A DNA stretch of 64,000 nt, from NCBI GenBank assembly GCA_003135555.1, contig PLCF01000085.1, forward strand, positions 1 to 64,000. The letters run 5' to 3'. Source of the stretch: Vulcanimicrobiota bacterium. GTDB lineage: Bacteria > Vulcanimicrobiota > Vulcanimicrobiia > Vulcanimicrobiales > Vulcanimicrobiaceae. Made by a program: the position numbers and the translations under genes. Positions within the stretch are counted from its first letter, which is position 1; the number at the start of each line of letters is the position of its first letter. Below the pieces are notes generated by a model. That model was not told where the DNA came from. It ran no database searches and was given only the letters and a program-made list of their open reading frames with translations. Shown piece by piece: positions 9,170 to 19,485 of this stretch.

Positions 9170-10036
9170 GTGGACGCCCTAGCCACACCGGCGCAGCTGC
9201 TCGTCGGCGGCCTGCTGACGGGACTGGTGTTCGCGCTGGTCGCGGTCGGCCTCACGCTGATCTACGGCGTGATGGACGTCGTGAACTTCGCGCACGGCGA
9301 GTACCTCATGCTCGCGATGTACGCGACCTTGGCGCTCGCGCTGTTGGGGATCGGCCCACTGGTGGGGCTGCCGCTCGTCGCGATCGCGCTGTTCCTGTTC
9401 GGGATCGTCGTGTACCGCGTTTTCATCCGGCGGCTTCTCGCGGGGCCGCCCGAAGCGACGGTGTTCGGAACCTTCGGGATGCTGGTACTGCTGCAGGGCC
9501 TGGCCCAGGCGACCCTCACGAGTGACTATCAGTCGATTCCGAATCCGCCGTTTCACGGTACGATCCGGGTGGGCGCGATCGCGGTCTCGCAGGCGACGCT
9601 GATCGAGGGGATCGGTGCGCTCGTGCTCACCGCCGCGCTGTTCGCCTTCGTCGAATTCACCGAAACCGGACGTGCGATGCGCGCCGTCGCCGAAGACCGC
9701 ATCGCCGCCACGCTGATGGGGATCGACGTCCAGCGCATCAACGGCCTGGCCTTCGGGATCGGCGCCGCCTGCGTCGGCGCGGCCGGCGCCCTCTTGATGT
9801 TGTCGTACCCGGTGTATCCGACGGTCGGCGCCGCCTTCGCGCTCACGGCGTTCGTCGTGGTCGCGCTAGGCGGCTTCGGCAGCATCCAAGGTGCGCTGGT
9901 GGGCGCGCTGCTGGTCGGGCTGCTCGAGGTGTTCGGCGGATTCTATCTCTCACCCGAGCTCAAACTGGTACCGGTGTATCTCGCCTACTTGATCGTCGTG
10001 TTGCTGCGGCCCCAAGGGCTGTTGGGGCGCCGGTGA
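9170..10036 (+). CDS. Liv-type ABC permease (LivH-like)
   Basis: GLTLIYGVMDVVNFAHGE; GRAMRAVAED. Confidence 0.93.
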   Translation: MDALATPAQLLVGGLLTGLVFALVAVGLTLIYGVMDVVNFAHGEYLMLAMYATLALALLGIGPLVGLPLVAIALFLFGIVVYRVFIRRLLAGPPEATVFGTFGMLVLLQGLAQATLTSDYQSIPNPPFHGTIRVGAIAVSQATLIEGIGALVLTAALFAFVEFTETGRAMRAVAEDRIAATLMGIDVQRINGLAFGIGAACVGAAGALLMLSYPVYPTVGAAFALTAFVVVALGGFGSIQGALVGALLVGLLEVFGGFYLSPELKLVPVYLAYLIVVLLRPQGLLGRR

Positions 10037-10995
10037 GGGCGCATCTCATCGCGCTGGGGGCAATCGTGGTCGTCGTCGCCGCCGCGGTATTCGGCCTGCG
10101 CAGCGCGGTCGCGCTCGATCTCCTCTTCACATTGCTGCTGTACGCCGTGCTCGGACAGTCGTGGAACTGGATCAGCGGCTACGGCGGCAACATCTCGTTC
10201 GGGCACGCGATCTTTTTCGGCTGCGGCGCGTATGCATCGGCGTTGTGCGTGACGCACGGCCTGTCACCCTGGCTTGCGATTCCGGCCGGCGCTTTGGTCG
10301 CCGCGCTGCTGGCGATCGTCACCGGCTTTCCGACCCTCGCGCTGCGCGGGCACTACTTCTCGATCGCTACGATCGCCGTCGCCGCACTCGTCGACGCGTT
10401 CGTGCGCACCACGCCCTGGCTGGGCAAGGCCACCGGCTTCGAGTTGCCCATTGCGCCCGGCTGGGCGACGATGCAGTTCCCCCAGAAGGGCACGTACGTC
10501 GCCCTGGCGCTCATCTTGTTCGCGGCGGTGCAGTTGGCGACGATGGCGCTCGAGCGGTCGCGCATGGGCTACTACCTGCGCGCGTTGCGAGCCAACCACG
10601 CCGCCGCGGCGGCGGTCGGGATCGACGAACGGCGGGTCAAGCTGGTCGCGTTCGCCTGGTCGGCGACCATGGCGGCAGTAGCGGGCGTGCTCTACGCGCA
10701 GTATACGCTCTTCGTCGATCCGCCCTCGACGATCGCCCTGGCGATCTCGATCGACATCGCGCTCATCGGCGTCGTCGGCGGGATCGGAACGCTGTGGGGG
10801 CCGGCGGTCGGCGCGCTCGTGTACGTGGTGTTGGCGAAGGCGGTCGCGCTGCAGCTCGGGGGCGCCGGCAAGGGCTACGACTTGGTGATCTACGGCGCCA
10901 TCATCTGCCTGATCGCGGCGCTGCGTCCGTACGGGATCGTCGGGACGATCGTCGACGCGCTGCGGCGCCGTCGCGGCGCTGAGGCCGCGGCGTGA
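10033..10995 (+). CDS. Liv-type ABC permease (LivM-like)
   Basis: WNWISGYGGNISFGHAIFFG; LRGHYFSIAT. Confidence 0.93.
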   Translation: MRAHLIALGAIVVVVAAAVFGLRSAVALDLLFTLLLYAVLGQSWNWISGYGGNISFGHAIFFGCGAYASALCVTHGLSPWLAIPAGALVAALLAIVTGFPTLALRGHYFSIATIAVAALVDAFVRTTPWLGKATGFELPIAPGWATMQFPQKGTYVALALILFAAVQLATMALERSRMGYYLRALRANHAAAAAVGIDERRVKLVAFAWSATMAAVAGVLYAQYTLFVDPPSTIALAISIDIALIGVVGGIGTLWGPAVGALVYVVLAKAVALQLGGAGKGYDLVIYGAIICLIAALRPYGIVGTIVDALRRRRGAEAAA

Positions 10996-11741
10996 GCCCG
11001 CTCTTGGAAGTGCGCGGGCTGGTCAAGCAATTCGGCTCGCTGCGCGCGCTCGACGGCGTCGACCTCGACGTCGCCGCGGGTTCGCTCACCGCGTTGATCG
11101 GCCCCAACGGTGCGGGCAAGTCGACGGCGTTCGCGTGCATCGCCGGCGCCGCCAAGCCGACGGCGGGCAGCGTGCGCTTTCGCGGTACCGAGATCGCCGG
11201 CATGGCCTACCACCGCGTCGCGGCGCTGGGGATCGGGCGCACCTACCAGATCGTGCAAACGTTCGCCGACATGACCGCGCTCGAAGCGACGACGACCGGC
11301 GCGCTGCTGCGCCGGCCGCACCTGCGTGACGCGGTCGCATACGCCGAAGAGATCCTCGCTTTCGTAGGGTTGGCGGACAAGCGCTACCGCCTCGGGCGAG
11401 CGCTGACCATCGCCGACAAGAAGCGGCTCGAGGTCGCGCGCGCGCTGGCGACCGAGCCGCAGTTGCTGCTCCTCGACGAGGTGATGGCTGGCTTGACCCC
11501 GGCCGAATGCGGCGCTGCCGTCGAGTTGCTGCGGCGCATCCTCGCGCGCGGCGTCACGGTGCTGATGGTCGAGCACGTGATGGAAGTGCTCATGCCGATC
11601 GCGCAGCACGTCGTGGTGATCGCGGCCGGCAAGACGATCTTCAGCGGCACCGCCGCCGGTGCGGTGCGCGACGTGGACGTGATCGACGCATATTTGGGCT
11701 CGCCGCTCGAGCACGGTGCGATCGCGACGGGCACGCCGTGA
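10992..11741 (+). CDS. Liv-type ABC ATPase (LivG-like)
   Basis: GPNGAGKST Walker A; LLLLDEVMAGL. Confidence 0.93.
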   Translation: MSPLLEVRGLVKQFGSLRALDGVDLDVAAGSLTALIGPNGAGKSTAFACIAGAAKPTAGSVRFRGTEIAGMAYHRVAALGIGRTYQIVQTFADMTALEATTTGALLRRPHLRDAVAYAEEILAFVGLADKRYRLGRALTIADKKRLEVARALATEPQLLLLDEVMAGLTPAECGAAVELLRRILARGVTVLMVEHVMEVLMPIAQHVVVIAAGKTIFSGTAAGAVRDVDVIDAYLGSPLEHGAIATGTP

Positions 11742-12460
11742 CCGCCCTGCTCGACGTCGAGGGCCTGGACGTCGCGTACGACGGAATGCGCGCTCTGCAG
11801 GACGTCTCGCTCGTGGCCGAGGCCGGCACGATCGTGGCGTTGGTCGGCGCGAACGGGGCCGGCAAGACCTCGCTGCTGCGCGCGATCAGCGGCCTCGTCC
11901 GTGCCGAGCGCGGAACGATCCGCTTCGACGGCGACGACATCACGCGCGTTCCGGCACATCGCATCGTGCGGCGCGGCATCGCGCACGTCCCGGAAGGCCG
12001 GCGGGTCTTCGCCTCGGCTACGGTGCGCGACAACCTGCTGCTGGGCGCGTACGTCGACCGCGACGCGGCGCATCGCGCGGCGCGGCTGGAGGCGGCCTTC
12101 GCCGCGTTCCCGATCCTGCGCGAGCGCCTCGAGCAACGCGCCTCGACGCTCTCGGGCGGCGAGCAGCAGATGCTCGCCATCGCGCGCGGCACGATGAGCG
12201 GCCCGCGGGTGCTCATGCTCGACGAACCGTCGCTGGGCCTCGCGCCCAAGCTGATCCCGCAAATCTACGCCGGTGTGCGCGCCATCGCCGAGGCCGGAAC
12301 GACGGTCCTGCTGGTCGAGCAGAACGTGCGCGAAGCGTTGCGCGCCGCCGACACCGCGTACGTGCTGCAAACCGGCCGCGTCGTGCTCCACGGCAACGCC
12401 CGCGACCTGATCGGCGACCCCCTGGTACAACAAGCTTTTCTGGGAATCGGTGCGGCGTGA
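11738..12460 (+). CDS. Liv-type ABC ATPase (LivF-like)
   Basis: GANGAGKT; LSGGEQQMLAIAR; LDEPSLGLAP; GTG start overlapping the previous stop. Confidence 0.93.
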   Translation: MTALLDVEGLDVAYDGMRALQDVSLVAEAGTIVALVGANGAGKTSLLRAISGLVRAERGTIRFDGDDITRVPAHRIVRRGIAHVPEGRRVFASATVRDNLLLGAYVDRDAAHRAARLEAAFAAFPILRERLEQRASTLSGGEQQMLAIARGTMSGPRVLMLDEPSLGLAPKLIPQIYAGVRAIAEAGTTVLLVEQNVREALRAADTAYVLQTGRVVLHGNARDLIGDPLVQQAFLGIGAA

Positions 12461-14523
12461 GCTGGCGCGTCGGGGTCGACATCGGCGGCACGTTCACGGA
12501 CTTGGTCGCGCTGGCCGACGATGGGCGGTTGATCCGGCACAAGGTTTCGTCGACGCCGCGCGCCCCCGAAGACGGGCTGCTCGATGCGCTGCGCGCGCTC
12601 CTCGACGAGGTCGGCGCCGCCGAGATCGCGCTGGTCGCCCACGCCAGCACCATCGCCACCAACGCGCTGCTCGGGCAAGTGCACCTGGACCTGCCGCGCG
12701 TCGCGTTCATCACCACCGAAGGCTTTCGCGACGTGCTCGAGATCGGGCGCCAGAACCGCAGCGCGATCTACGACCTCAACGTCACGCGGCCCAAGCCGCT
12801 GGCGCGGCGCGAGGACCGCCTCGTCGTGCGCGAGCGGCGCACCCACGACGGCGGCGTGATCGTCCCGCTCGACGCCGGCACCGTCGCGACTGCGGTCGAG
12901 ACGGTTCGCGAGCGCGGGATCACCGCGGTCGCCGTCGGCCTGTTGCACGCCGACGTCGACGGCGCGCACGAACAAACCGTCGCGCACGCGCTGCGCGAGG
13001 CGATCCCCGGGGTCGAGGTCTCGCTGTCGTCGGAGATCGACCCGCAGTATCGCGAGTACGAGCGCTTCTCGACGACGGTCCTCAACGCCGCGCTCACGCC
13101 GATCGTGCAGGCCTACCTCGAACGCGTGGCGCGCGGCGTGCGCGCCGCCGGCGTGCAAGCGCCGATCTTCGTCATGCGCTCCGACGGCGGGATGGCGGCG
13201 CTGGGGTCGGCCTCGCGCCGGCCCGCGACGCTCATCGAGAGCGGGCCGGCCAGCGGCGTGATCGGCGCCGCGTACGTCGGCCGTGCGCTGGGGATCGCGA
13301 ACGTGCTTTCGTTCGACATGGGCGGGACGACCGCGAAAGCCGGGACGATCTTCGGCGGCATCCCCGAGATCAGCGCGTCGTTCGAAGCGGCGGGTTCGAC
13401 GCACAGCGGACGCTCGGTCAAGGGCAGCGGCTACCCGGTGCGCTTTCCGTTCGTCGATCTCGCCGAAGTCAGCGCGGGCGGCGGAACGATCGCTTGGGTC
13501 GACGCGGCCAAAACGCTGCGCGTCGGGCCGGTCTCGGCCGGTGCCGATCCGGGGCCCGCGTGCTACGGACGCGGCGATGCGCCCACGGTCACCGACGCCA
13601 ACGTCCTGCTGCGGCGGTTGAATCCGCGCGCGCTGCTCGACGGCGCGTTTCCGATCGACGCGGAGCGTTCGCGCGCCGCCGTCGCCTCGGTCGCTGCGGC
13701 AGTGGGCGGGGACGCCGAACGCGCCGCCGCGGGGATCGTCGCGCTCGCCGATGCCGAGATGGCGAAGGTGCTGCGCATCGTCTCGGTCGAGCGCGGCCAC
13801 GACCCGCGCGATTTCACGCTGCTGGCGTTCGGTGGCGGCGGCCCGCTGCATGTCTGCGCCGTCGCCGCGGACATCGGCGTCGCGCGCATCGTGGTCCCGC
13901 CGTCCCCCGGCGTCTTCTCGGCCTACGGATTGCTGGCCGCCGACGTGCGCGTGACTGCGGTCCGGTCGCTGGTCGCGCCGGCCGACGAGGGCACCTGGGC
14001 GCGCGGCCGCAAACTCTTCGACGTGCTGACGCGCGAGGGCGACTCGGGTTTGGCCGAACAGGGCGTCGCCAAAGCCGATCGCAGCTTCGTGCGCGAGCTC
14101 GACCTGCGCTACGTCGGGCAGTCGACCGAGCTCGTCGTCACCGCGCCGCGCTCGCTCGGCGAAGCGGTCGAGGCGTTCCACCTGCGGCACGAACAGCGGT
14201 ACGGTTTTGCCGCGCGCCAGGATCCGGTCGAGATCGTCACGGTCCGCGTCGTGGGGATCGGCACGACGCCCAAGCCGCGCCTGGTCGAGGTCGCCGCTCC
14301 GGCGCGGCGCGCGCCCGAGCCGCGTGCGCTGCGCGAGCACCGCGACGTCTACGACGGTGCGGCATTCGTCGCGACGCCGGTGTACGGACGCGCGTTGCTG
14401 CGCCCGGGCGATGCCTTCGACGGCCCTGCGGTGATCGAACAGTACGACGCCACCACGTACCTCGCGTGTGGCTGGAGCGCACGCGTAGACGGCTACGGCA
14501 ACCTCGTCATGGGGTCGACCTGA
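12457..14523 (+). CDS. Hydantoinase/5-oxoprolinase subunit A
   Basis: VGVDIGGTFTD; TIATNALL; ESGPASG; DMGGTTAK; SAGADPGPACYG. Confidence 0.93.
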   Translation: MSWRVGVDIGGTFTDLVALADDGRLIRHKVSSTPRAPEDGLLDALRALLDEVGAAEIALVAHASTIATNALLGQVHLDLPRVAFITTEGFRDVLEIGRQNRSAIYDLNVTRPKPLARREDRLVVRERRTHDGGVIVPLDAGTVATAVETVRERGITAVAVGLLHADVDGAHEQTVAHALREAIPGVEVSLSSEIDPQYREYERFSTTVLNAALTPIVQAYLERVARGVRAAGVQAPIFVMRSDGGMAALGSASRRPATLIESGPASGVIGAAYVGRALGIANVLSFDMGGTTAKAGTIFGGIPEISASFEAAGSTHSGRSVKGSGYPVRFPFVDLAEVSAGGGTIAWVDAAKTLRVGPVSAGADPGPACYGRGDAPTVTDANVLLRRLNPRALLDGAFPIDAERSRAAVASVAAAVGGDAERAAAGIVALADAEMAKVLRIVSVERGHDPRDFTLLAFGGGGPLHVCAVAADIGVARIVVPPSPGVFSAYGLLAADVRVTAVRSLVAPADEGTWARGRKLFDVLTREGDSGLAEQGVAKADRSFVRELDLRYVGQSTELVVTAPRSLGEAVEAFHLRHEQRYGFAARQDPVEIVTVRVVGIGTTPKPRLVEVAAPARRAPEPRALREHRDVYDGAAFVATPVYGRALLRPGDAFDGPAVIEQYDATTYLACGWSARVDGYGNLVMGST

Positions 14524-16163
14524 TGAGCGGTCTCGATCCGATCACCGCCGAGCTCGTCTCGTCGGCGCTCATCTATGCCAGCGAGGAGATGGGGATCGCA
14601 GTCCGCGACGCGGCCTACTCGCCCAACATCAAGGAGCGCCTCGACCACTCCTGCGCGCTCTTCGACGCGCGCGCGCGGCTGGTCGCGCAAGCCGAACACA
14701 TCCCGGTGCACCTCGGCTCGCTCCCGTGGGGCCTACGGCGCAGCCTCGCTTGGCTCGTCGAGCACGGTCGCGAGCTGCGGCCGGGCGAGATGATCGTCGT
14801 CAACGATCCCTATCTGTCCGGCACGCACCTCAACGACGTCACGGTGATTCGCGCCATCTATCACGCCGGCCGGCTCGTCGGCTACGCCGCCAACAAAGCG
14901 CACCACACCGACGTCGGCGGCGCGGTCCCCGGTTCGATGCCGCCCGACGCGCGCGATCTCTTCGCCGAGGGCGCGGTGTTCGTCCCGACCGTGCTGGTGC
15001 GCAACGACCGCGTGGTCGACGAGACGGTCGATCTCTTGCGCGCCAATTCCCGCACCCCCGAGGCGCGGGCCGGAGACCTGCGCGCGCAAATCGCCGGAAA
15101 CAACGTCGGCGAGCGCCGCTTCCTCGAGCTGATCGAGCGCTACGGCATCGCGACCGTCGAAGCCGCGCTCGACAAGGCGCTCGCCGACGGCGAACGCCGC
15201 ACGCGCGCGGCGCTGCGCGCGTTGCCCGACGGCGTGGTCACCCACGAAGACGTGATGGAAGACGAGCGCGGCGAACCGTCGATCGTCTTGCGCGTGCGGC
15301 TCGAAAAGCACGGCGACGCGCTCGCACTCGACTACACCGGCACCGCACCCCAGCGCGCCATGCCGCTCAACTCGGTCTACGGCGTGACGCTTTCGGGGGT
15401 GTACTACGCGGTGCGCGCGGTGACCGACCCGCGCATCCCGATGAACGACGGGTCGTTTGCGCCCATCTCGGTGCAGGTCCCCGAAGGCAGTCTGCTCAAC
15501 CCGCGCCGCCCGGCGCCGGTGAGCGCGGGCAACGTCGAGACCTCGATGCGCAACGCCGATCTGGTGCTGGGCGCGCTGGCCAAGCTCGCACCCGGCCGCG
15601 TCCCCGCGCAGAGCGGCGGCTCGATGAACAACGTGATGATCGGCGGCCTCGACGGTGCGGGCAAGTCGTGGGCGTTCTACGAGACCAACGGCTGCGGGAT
15701 GGGCGCGCGACCCCATGTGGATGGGATCGACGGCATCCACGCGCACATGACCAACACGCTCAACACCCCGATCGAGGCGATCGAACGGTCGATGCCGATG
15801 CTCATCACCGCCTACGAGTTCGCCGAGACCAGCGCCGGCGACGGCGAGTTCCGGGGTGGTTCGGGGTTGGTGCGCGCCTTCGCGCTGCGCGACGGCTCGG
15901 CGACCGCGTCGCTGCTGGCCGAGCGCCATGCGGTGCGCCCGCGTGGTGCGGACGGCGGCCGCGACGGTGCGACCGGCGCGCACGTGCTGGTCAAGCGCGG
16001 CGGTGCGACCAGCGATCTCCCGGCCAAGACCTCGGTCGCGATGGAGCCGGGCGACGCGATCATCGTGCGCACGGCCGGCGGCGGCGGCTACGGCGATCCG
16101 GCGCGCCGCGCGGCGTCCGCCCGCGAGCGCGATCGCGCCGACGGGATCGGGATCGCAGAGTGA
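14523..16163 (+). CDS. Hydantoinase/5-oxoprolinase subunit B
   Basis: AYSPNIKERLDHSCALFD; HIPVHLGS; NDPYLSGTHLND; HMTNTLNTPIE; GGGGYGDP. Confidence 0.93.
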   Translation: MSGLDPITAELVSSALIYASEEMGIAVRDAAYSPNIKERLDHSCALFDARARLVAQAEHIPVHLGSLPWGLRRSLAWLVEHGRELRPGEMIVVNDPYLSGTHLNDVTVIRAIYHAGRLVGYAANKAHHTDVGGAVPGSMPPDARDLFAEGAVFVPTVLVRNDRVVDETVDLLRANSRTPEARAGDLRAQIAGNNVGERRFLELIERYGIATVEAALDKALADGERRTRAALRALPDGVVTHEDVMEDERGEPSIVLRVRLEKHGDALALDYTGTAPQRAMPLNSVYGVTLSGVYYAVRAVTDPRIPMNDGSFAPISVQVPEGSLLNPRRPAPVSAGNVETSMRNADLVLGALAKLAPGRVPAQSGGSMNNVMIGGLDGAGKSWAFYETNGCGMGARPHVDGIDGIHAHMTNTLNTPIEAIERSMPMLITAYEFAETSAGDGEFRGGSGLVRAFALRDGSATASLLAERHAVRPRGADGGRDGATGAHVLVKRGGATSDLPAKTSVAMEPGDAIIVRTAGGGGYGDPARRAASARERDRADGIGIAE

Positions 16164-16930
16164 CCGCCGGGGACGCGCGCGCCGCCATCCGCGCCGGGAC
16201 GATCGCCGCTCCGACCGAACGGCTCGCGCCCGAGCACGTGCAGGCGAATCTCGTCGTCGTCGCGCGCGAGTACGCCGCCGAGCTCGCCGACCTGTGCGCG
16301 CGCAATCCCGTTCCCTGTCCGGTTGTCGAGCAGCTGGCGCCGGGAGCATTCGAACCGCGCTGCGCCGCCGGGGCCGATCTGCGCACCGATCTTGGACGCT
16401 ATCGGGTCTGGCGCGACGGCGTGCTCGCCGAGCAACCGCGCGACGTGCGCGCGCTCTGGTCGCAGGATCTGGTCGCCTTTCTCATCGGGTGCTCGTTCAC
16501 GTTCGATCACGCGCTGGCCGCGGCCGGTTTGGTCCCACGCCACTACGCGCTGGGGCGCAACGTGCCGATGTATCGCACCCGCGTTCCGCTCGCGCCCGCG
16601 GGACGCTTGCGCGGACCGATGGTGGTCAGCATGCGCCCCTACCAGCTGCGTGACATCGAGCGCGTCCGCGCGGTGACGCGGCCCTATCGCGTCGGCCACG
16701 GCGAACCGGTCGCCTGGGGCGACCCCGAAGCGCTGGGCATCGACGACCTGCTGCGGCCCGACTACGGCGACCCGCCGGTGCTCGAGTCCGGCGACGTCCC
16801 GGTGTTTTGGGGCTGCGGCGTGACCCCCCAAAGCGTCATCGTGGCGAGCAACGTTCCGTTCGCGATCACCCACGAGCCCGGCCACATGTTCGTGACGGAT
16901 TTGATCCATCGCGACCTCGGCGCGGGCTGA
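16160..16930 (+). CDS. DUF1445/YcsI-like putative hydro-lyase (D-glutamate-cyclase-like)
   Basis: VQANLVV...RNPVPCP...DLRTD...FLIGCSFTF...NVPMYRT...VPVFWGCGVTPQ...AITHEPGHMFVTD. Confidence 0.88.
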   Translation: MTAGDARAAIRAGTIAAPTERLAPEHVQANLVVVAREYAAELADLCARNPVPCPVVEQLAPGAFEPRCAAGADLRTDLGRYRVWRDGVLAEQPRDVRALWSQDLVAFLIGCSFTFDHALAAAGLVPRHYALGRNVPMYRTRVPLAPAGRLRGPMVVSMRPYQLRDIERVRAVTRPYRVGHGEPVAWGDPEALGIDDLLRPDYGDPPVLESGDVPVFWGCGVTPQSVIVASNVPFAITHEPGHMFVTDLIHRDLGAG

Positions 16931-16937
16931 GCCGGCC

Positions 16938-18332
16938 GTGCATTCGCGCGAGGCCGACGTGGCCGTCTGCGGGGGCGGCAATGCGGCGCTGTGCGCGGCG
17001 ATCGTCGCCCGGCGCACGGGCGCAAGCGTCGTGCTGCTCGAGCGCGCGCCGCTCCACATGCGCGGCGGCAACACTCGCCACACCCGGGACATCCGCATCG
17101 CGCACGACGCGCCCAATGCCGCTGCGGCCGAGGCGTACACCGAAGAGGAGCTGTTCGCCGATCTGCTGCGCGTCACGGGCGGCGAGACCGACGAGCCGTT
17201 GGCGCGGCTCACCGTGCGGGAGTCGACCACGCTGGCGGACTGGATGGCCGAGCAGGGCGTTCGCTGGCAAAAACCGCTCAACGGGACCCTGCACTTGTCG
17301 CGCACGAACGGGTTCTTTCTCGGCGGCGGAAAGCACCTCGTCAACACCTACTATGAGACGGCGCTGCGGCTCGGCGTTCGCGTCGTGTATGGGGCCACGG
17401 TGCGCGAGCTGTCGCACGACGGCGCACGGGTCACCGCGGTGGTCTATGAGGACGGAGCCTGCGACCGGCGCCTGGCGTGCGGCGCGGTCGTCGTCGCCGC
17501 CGGCGGTTTCGAAGCGGACGTCGAGTGGCTGCGCGAATATTGGGGCGATGCGGCGTCGCGCTTCGCGATCCGCGGGACGCCGTACAACACCGGCATCGCG
17601 CTCAAAGCGATGTACACCGCGGGCGCGCGCCGCGCCGGCGATCCGCGCGGCCTGCACTGCGTCGCCGTCGATGCCCGCGCCCCGCGTTTCGACGGCGGAA
17701 TCGTGACGCGCATCGACGCGATCCCGTTCGGCATCGTCGTCAATGCTGCGGGCGAGCGCTTCTACGACGAGGGCGAAGACCTGTGGCCCAAGCGCTACGC
17801 GATCTGGGGCAAGCTGATCGCCGATCAAGCCGGTCAAGCCGCGTACGCGATCTTCGATGCCAAGACGGCCCGCAGTTTCATTCCGTCGGCGTTCCGCCCC
17901 GAGCGCGCCGAGTCGCTCGAAGCGCTGGCCGCCGTGCTCGGTCTCGACGCGGCGTCGCTCGTGAAGACCGTGGCCGCGTTCAACGCGGCGATTCGCCCGG
18001 AATGCGGCGTGCAATTGGGAGCGCTCGACGGCTGCGCGACCGCCGGCCTGACGCCGCCGAAGTCCAATTGGGCGCAGCGCATCGACACGCCGCCATTCTA
18101 CGGATACCCGCTACGGCCGGGCGTCACGTTCACCTACCTCGGGGTCGGCGTCGACACCGAGGCGCACGTGCTGCGCGCCGACGGCACGCGTTTCGAGAAC
18201 CTGTTCGCCGCCGGCGAGTGCATGGCCGGGAACATCCTGTCGCGCGGCTATCTGGCCGGATTCGGTCTGACCATCGGTTCGGTGTTCGGCCGCATCGCCG
18301 GCGCGCAGGCGGCGCAGTATGCTCGAGCTTGA
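16938..18332 (+). CDS. tcuA: FAD-dependent tricarballylate dehydrogenase TcuA family
   Basis: GGGNAALCAA; RGGNTRHTR; LHLSRTNGFFLGGGK; DEGEDLWPKRYAIWG; MAGNILSRGYLAGFG. Confidence 0.92.
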   Translation: MHSREADVAVCGGGNAALCAAIVARRTGASVVLLERAPLHMRGGNTRHTRDIRIAHDAPNAAAAEAYTEEELFADLLRVTGGETDEPLARLTVRESTTLADWMAEQGVRWQKPLNGTLHLSRTNGFFLGGGKHLVNTYYETALRLGVRVVYGATVRELSHDGARVTAVVYEDGACDRRLACGAVVVAAGGFEADVEWLREYWGDAASRFAIRGTPYNTGIALKAMYTAGARRAGDPRGLHCVAVDARAPRFDGGIVTRIDAIPFGIVVNAAGERFYDEGEDLWPKRYAIWGKLIADQAGQAAYAIFDAKTARSFIPSAFRPERAESLEALAAVLGLDAASLVKTVAAFNAAIRPECGVQLGALDGCATAGLTPPKSNWAQRIDTPPFYGYPLRPGVTFTYLGVGVDTEAHVLRADGTRFENLFAAGECMAGNILSRGYLAGFGLTIGSVFGRIAGAQAAQYARA

Positions 18333-19410
18333 CCTCACGGCGGAGCTCGACCGGCAGCTGTCGGTTTGCAATGCCTGCCGCTACTGCGAAGGCTTCTGCG
18401 CCGTCTTCGGCGCGGCGCAACTGCGCACGGCGATCGGATCGGGCGACGTCGCCTACCTCGCGAACCTCTGTCACGACTGCCGGATGTGCTACGACGCGTG
18501 CATGTTCACGCCGCCGCACGAGTTCGCGATCAACATCCCCGCCGCGATGACCGAAGCGCGCGTGCAGACGTACGAACGCTACGGGACGCCGCCCGTCCTC
18601 GCGCGGATGATTCGCGCTCCCCGGCGTGGCGCGCTCGTCGCGGTACTTGCCGGCGTCACGATCGTAGCGCTGGCGGTCACGTTCTCGGCCGGCGCGGCGG
18701 CCCTGTGGACCCCCCAACTCGGCCCGGGCGCATTCTATCGCGTGCTGCCGTATGCGGCGATGGTCGTGTCGGCGCTCGCGCTCGCGCTCTTCGGGCTGGT
18801 TTGCATCGCGCTCGGCGCGCGCCGGTACGCGCGCGACATCGGCGCCGGCGAACGCTTCGCGACGCCCGCGGCGCTGCGTACCGCGCTGCGCGATGCGCTG
18901 AGCCTGCGGTACCTCAAGGGCGGCGGTGCGGGCTGCTACGACCAGAGCCGTGGCTCGGGGCGCCGGCGCTTCTTCCACGCGCTCGTCTTCTGGGGCGTGC
19001 TGGCCGACTTCGCAGCAACGACGAGCGCGGCCGTGCTTCAAGAGTTCCTGCACGCGTTGCCGCCCTATCCGTACTGGAGCGTGCCGGTCGTGCTCGGGAC
19101 CGGCGGCGGCGTCGCGATCGTCGTTGGAGCGGCCGGCCTCATCGCCGTCAAGGTGCGCAGCGATCCGCGCCCCGCATCGACGCGCATGATCGCCTTGGAC
19201 TACGCGTTCCTCGGCCTGCTCGAACTCGTGGCCAGCACCGGGCTGGCGCTGCTGGCCTTGCGCTCGACGAGCGTGATGGGTGCCCTGCTGGTGCTGCATT
19301 TGGGCGCGGTGGCCGGGCTCTTCGCGACCGCGCCGTACGGGAAGTTCGTCCACGCCGTCTACCGGGTCGTCGCTCTGGTCAAGAACGCCCACGAGCAAGC
19401 CGGCCCTTGA
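18319..19410 (+). CDS. tcuB: Tricarballylate utilization 4Fe-4S membrane protein TcuB family
   Basis: CNACRYCEGFCAVF; LANLCHDCRMCYDACMFTPPHEF; PYGKFVH. Confidence 0.92.
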   Translation: MLELDLTAELDRQLSVCNACRYCEGFCAVFGAAQLRTAIGSGDVAYLANLCHDCRMCYDACMFTPPHEFAINIPAAMTEARVQTYERYGTPPVLARMIRAPRRGALVAVLAGVTIVALAVTFSAGAAALWTPQLGPGAFYRVLPYAAMVVSALALALFGLVCIALGARRYARDIGAGERFATPAALRTALRDALSLRYLKGGGAGCYDQSRGSGRRRFFHALVFWGVLADFAATTSAAVLQEFLHALPPYPYWSVPVVLGTGGGVAIVVGAAGLIAVKVRSDPRPASTRMIALDYAFLGLLELVASTGLALLALRSTSVMGALLVLHLGAVAGLFATAPYGKFVHAVYRVVALVKNAHEQAGP

Positions 19411-19485
19411 CGACCTCCTAAAACCGTAGTAGAGTGGCCGCGGGTCAAGTCTTAAGTTTATAAGTGTTCGCGCCCGGAGGCGGTT

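Noticed and set aside
11716..16930. Apparent giant fusions from the ORF track (935 aa, 1237 aa, 734 aa)
   Set aside because: The N-terminal extensions are off-frame readings of upstream genes; real starts are at 12457, 14523 and 16160, overlapping the previous stops.
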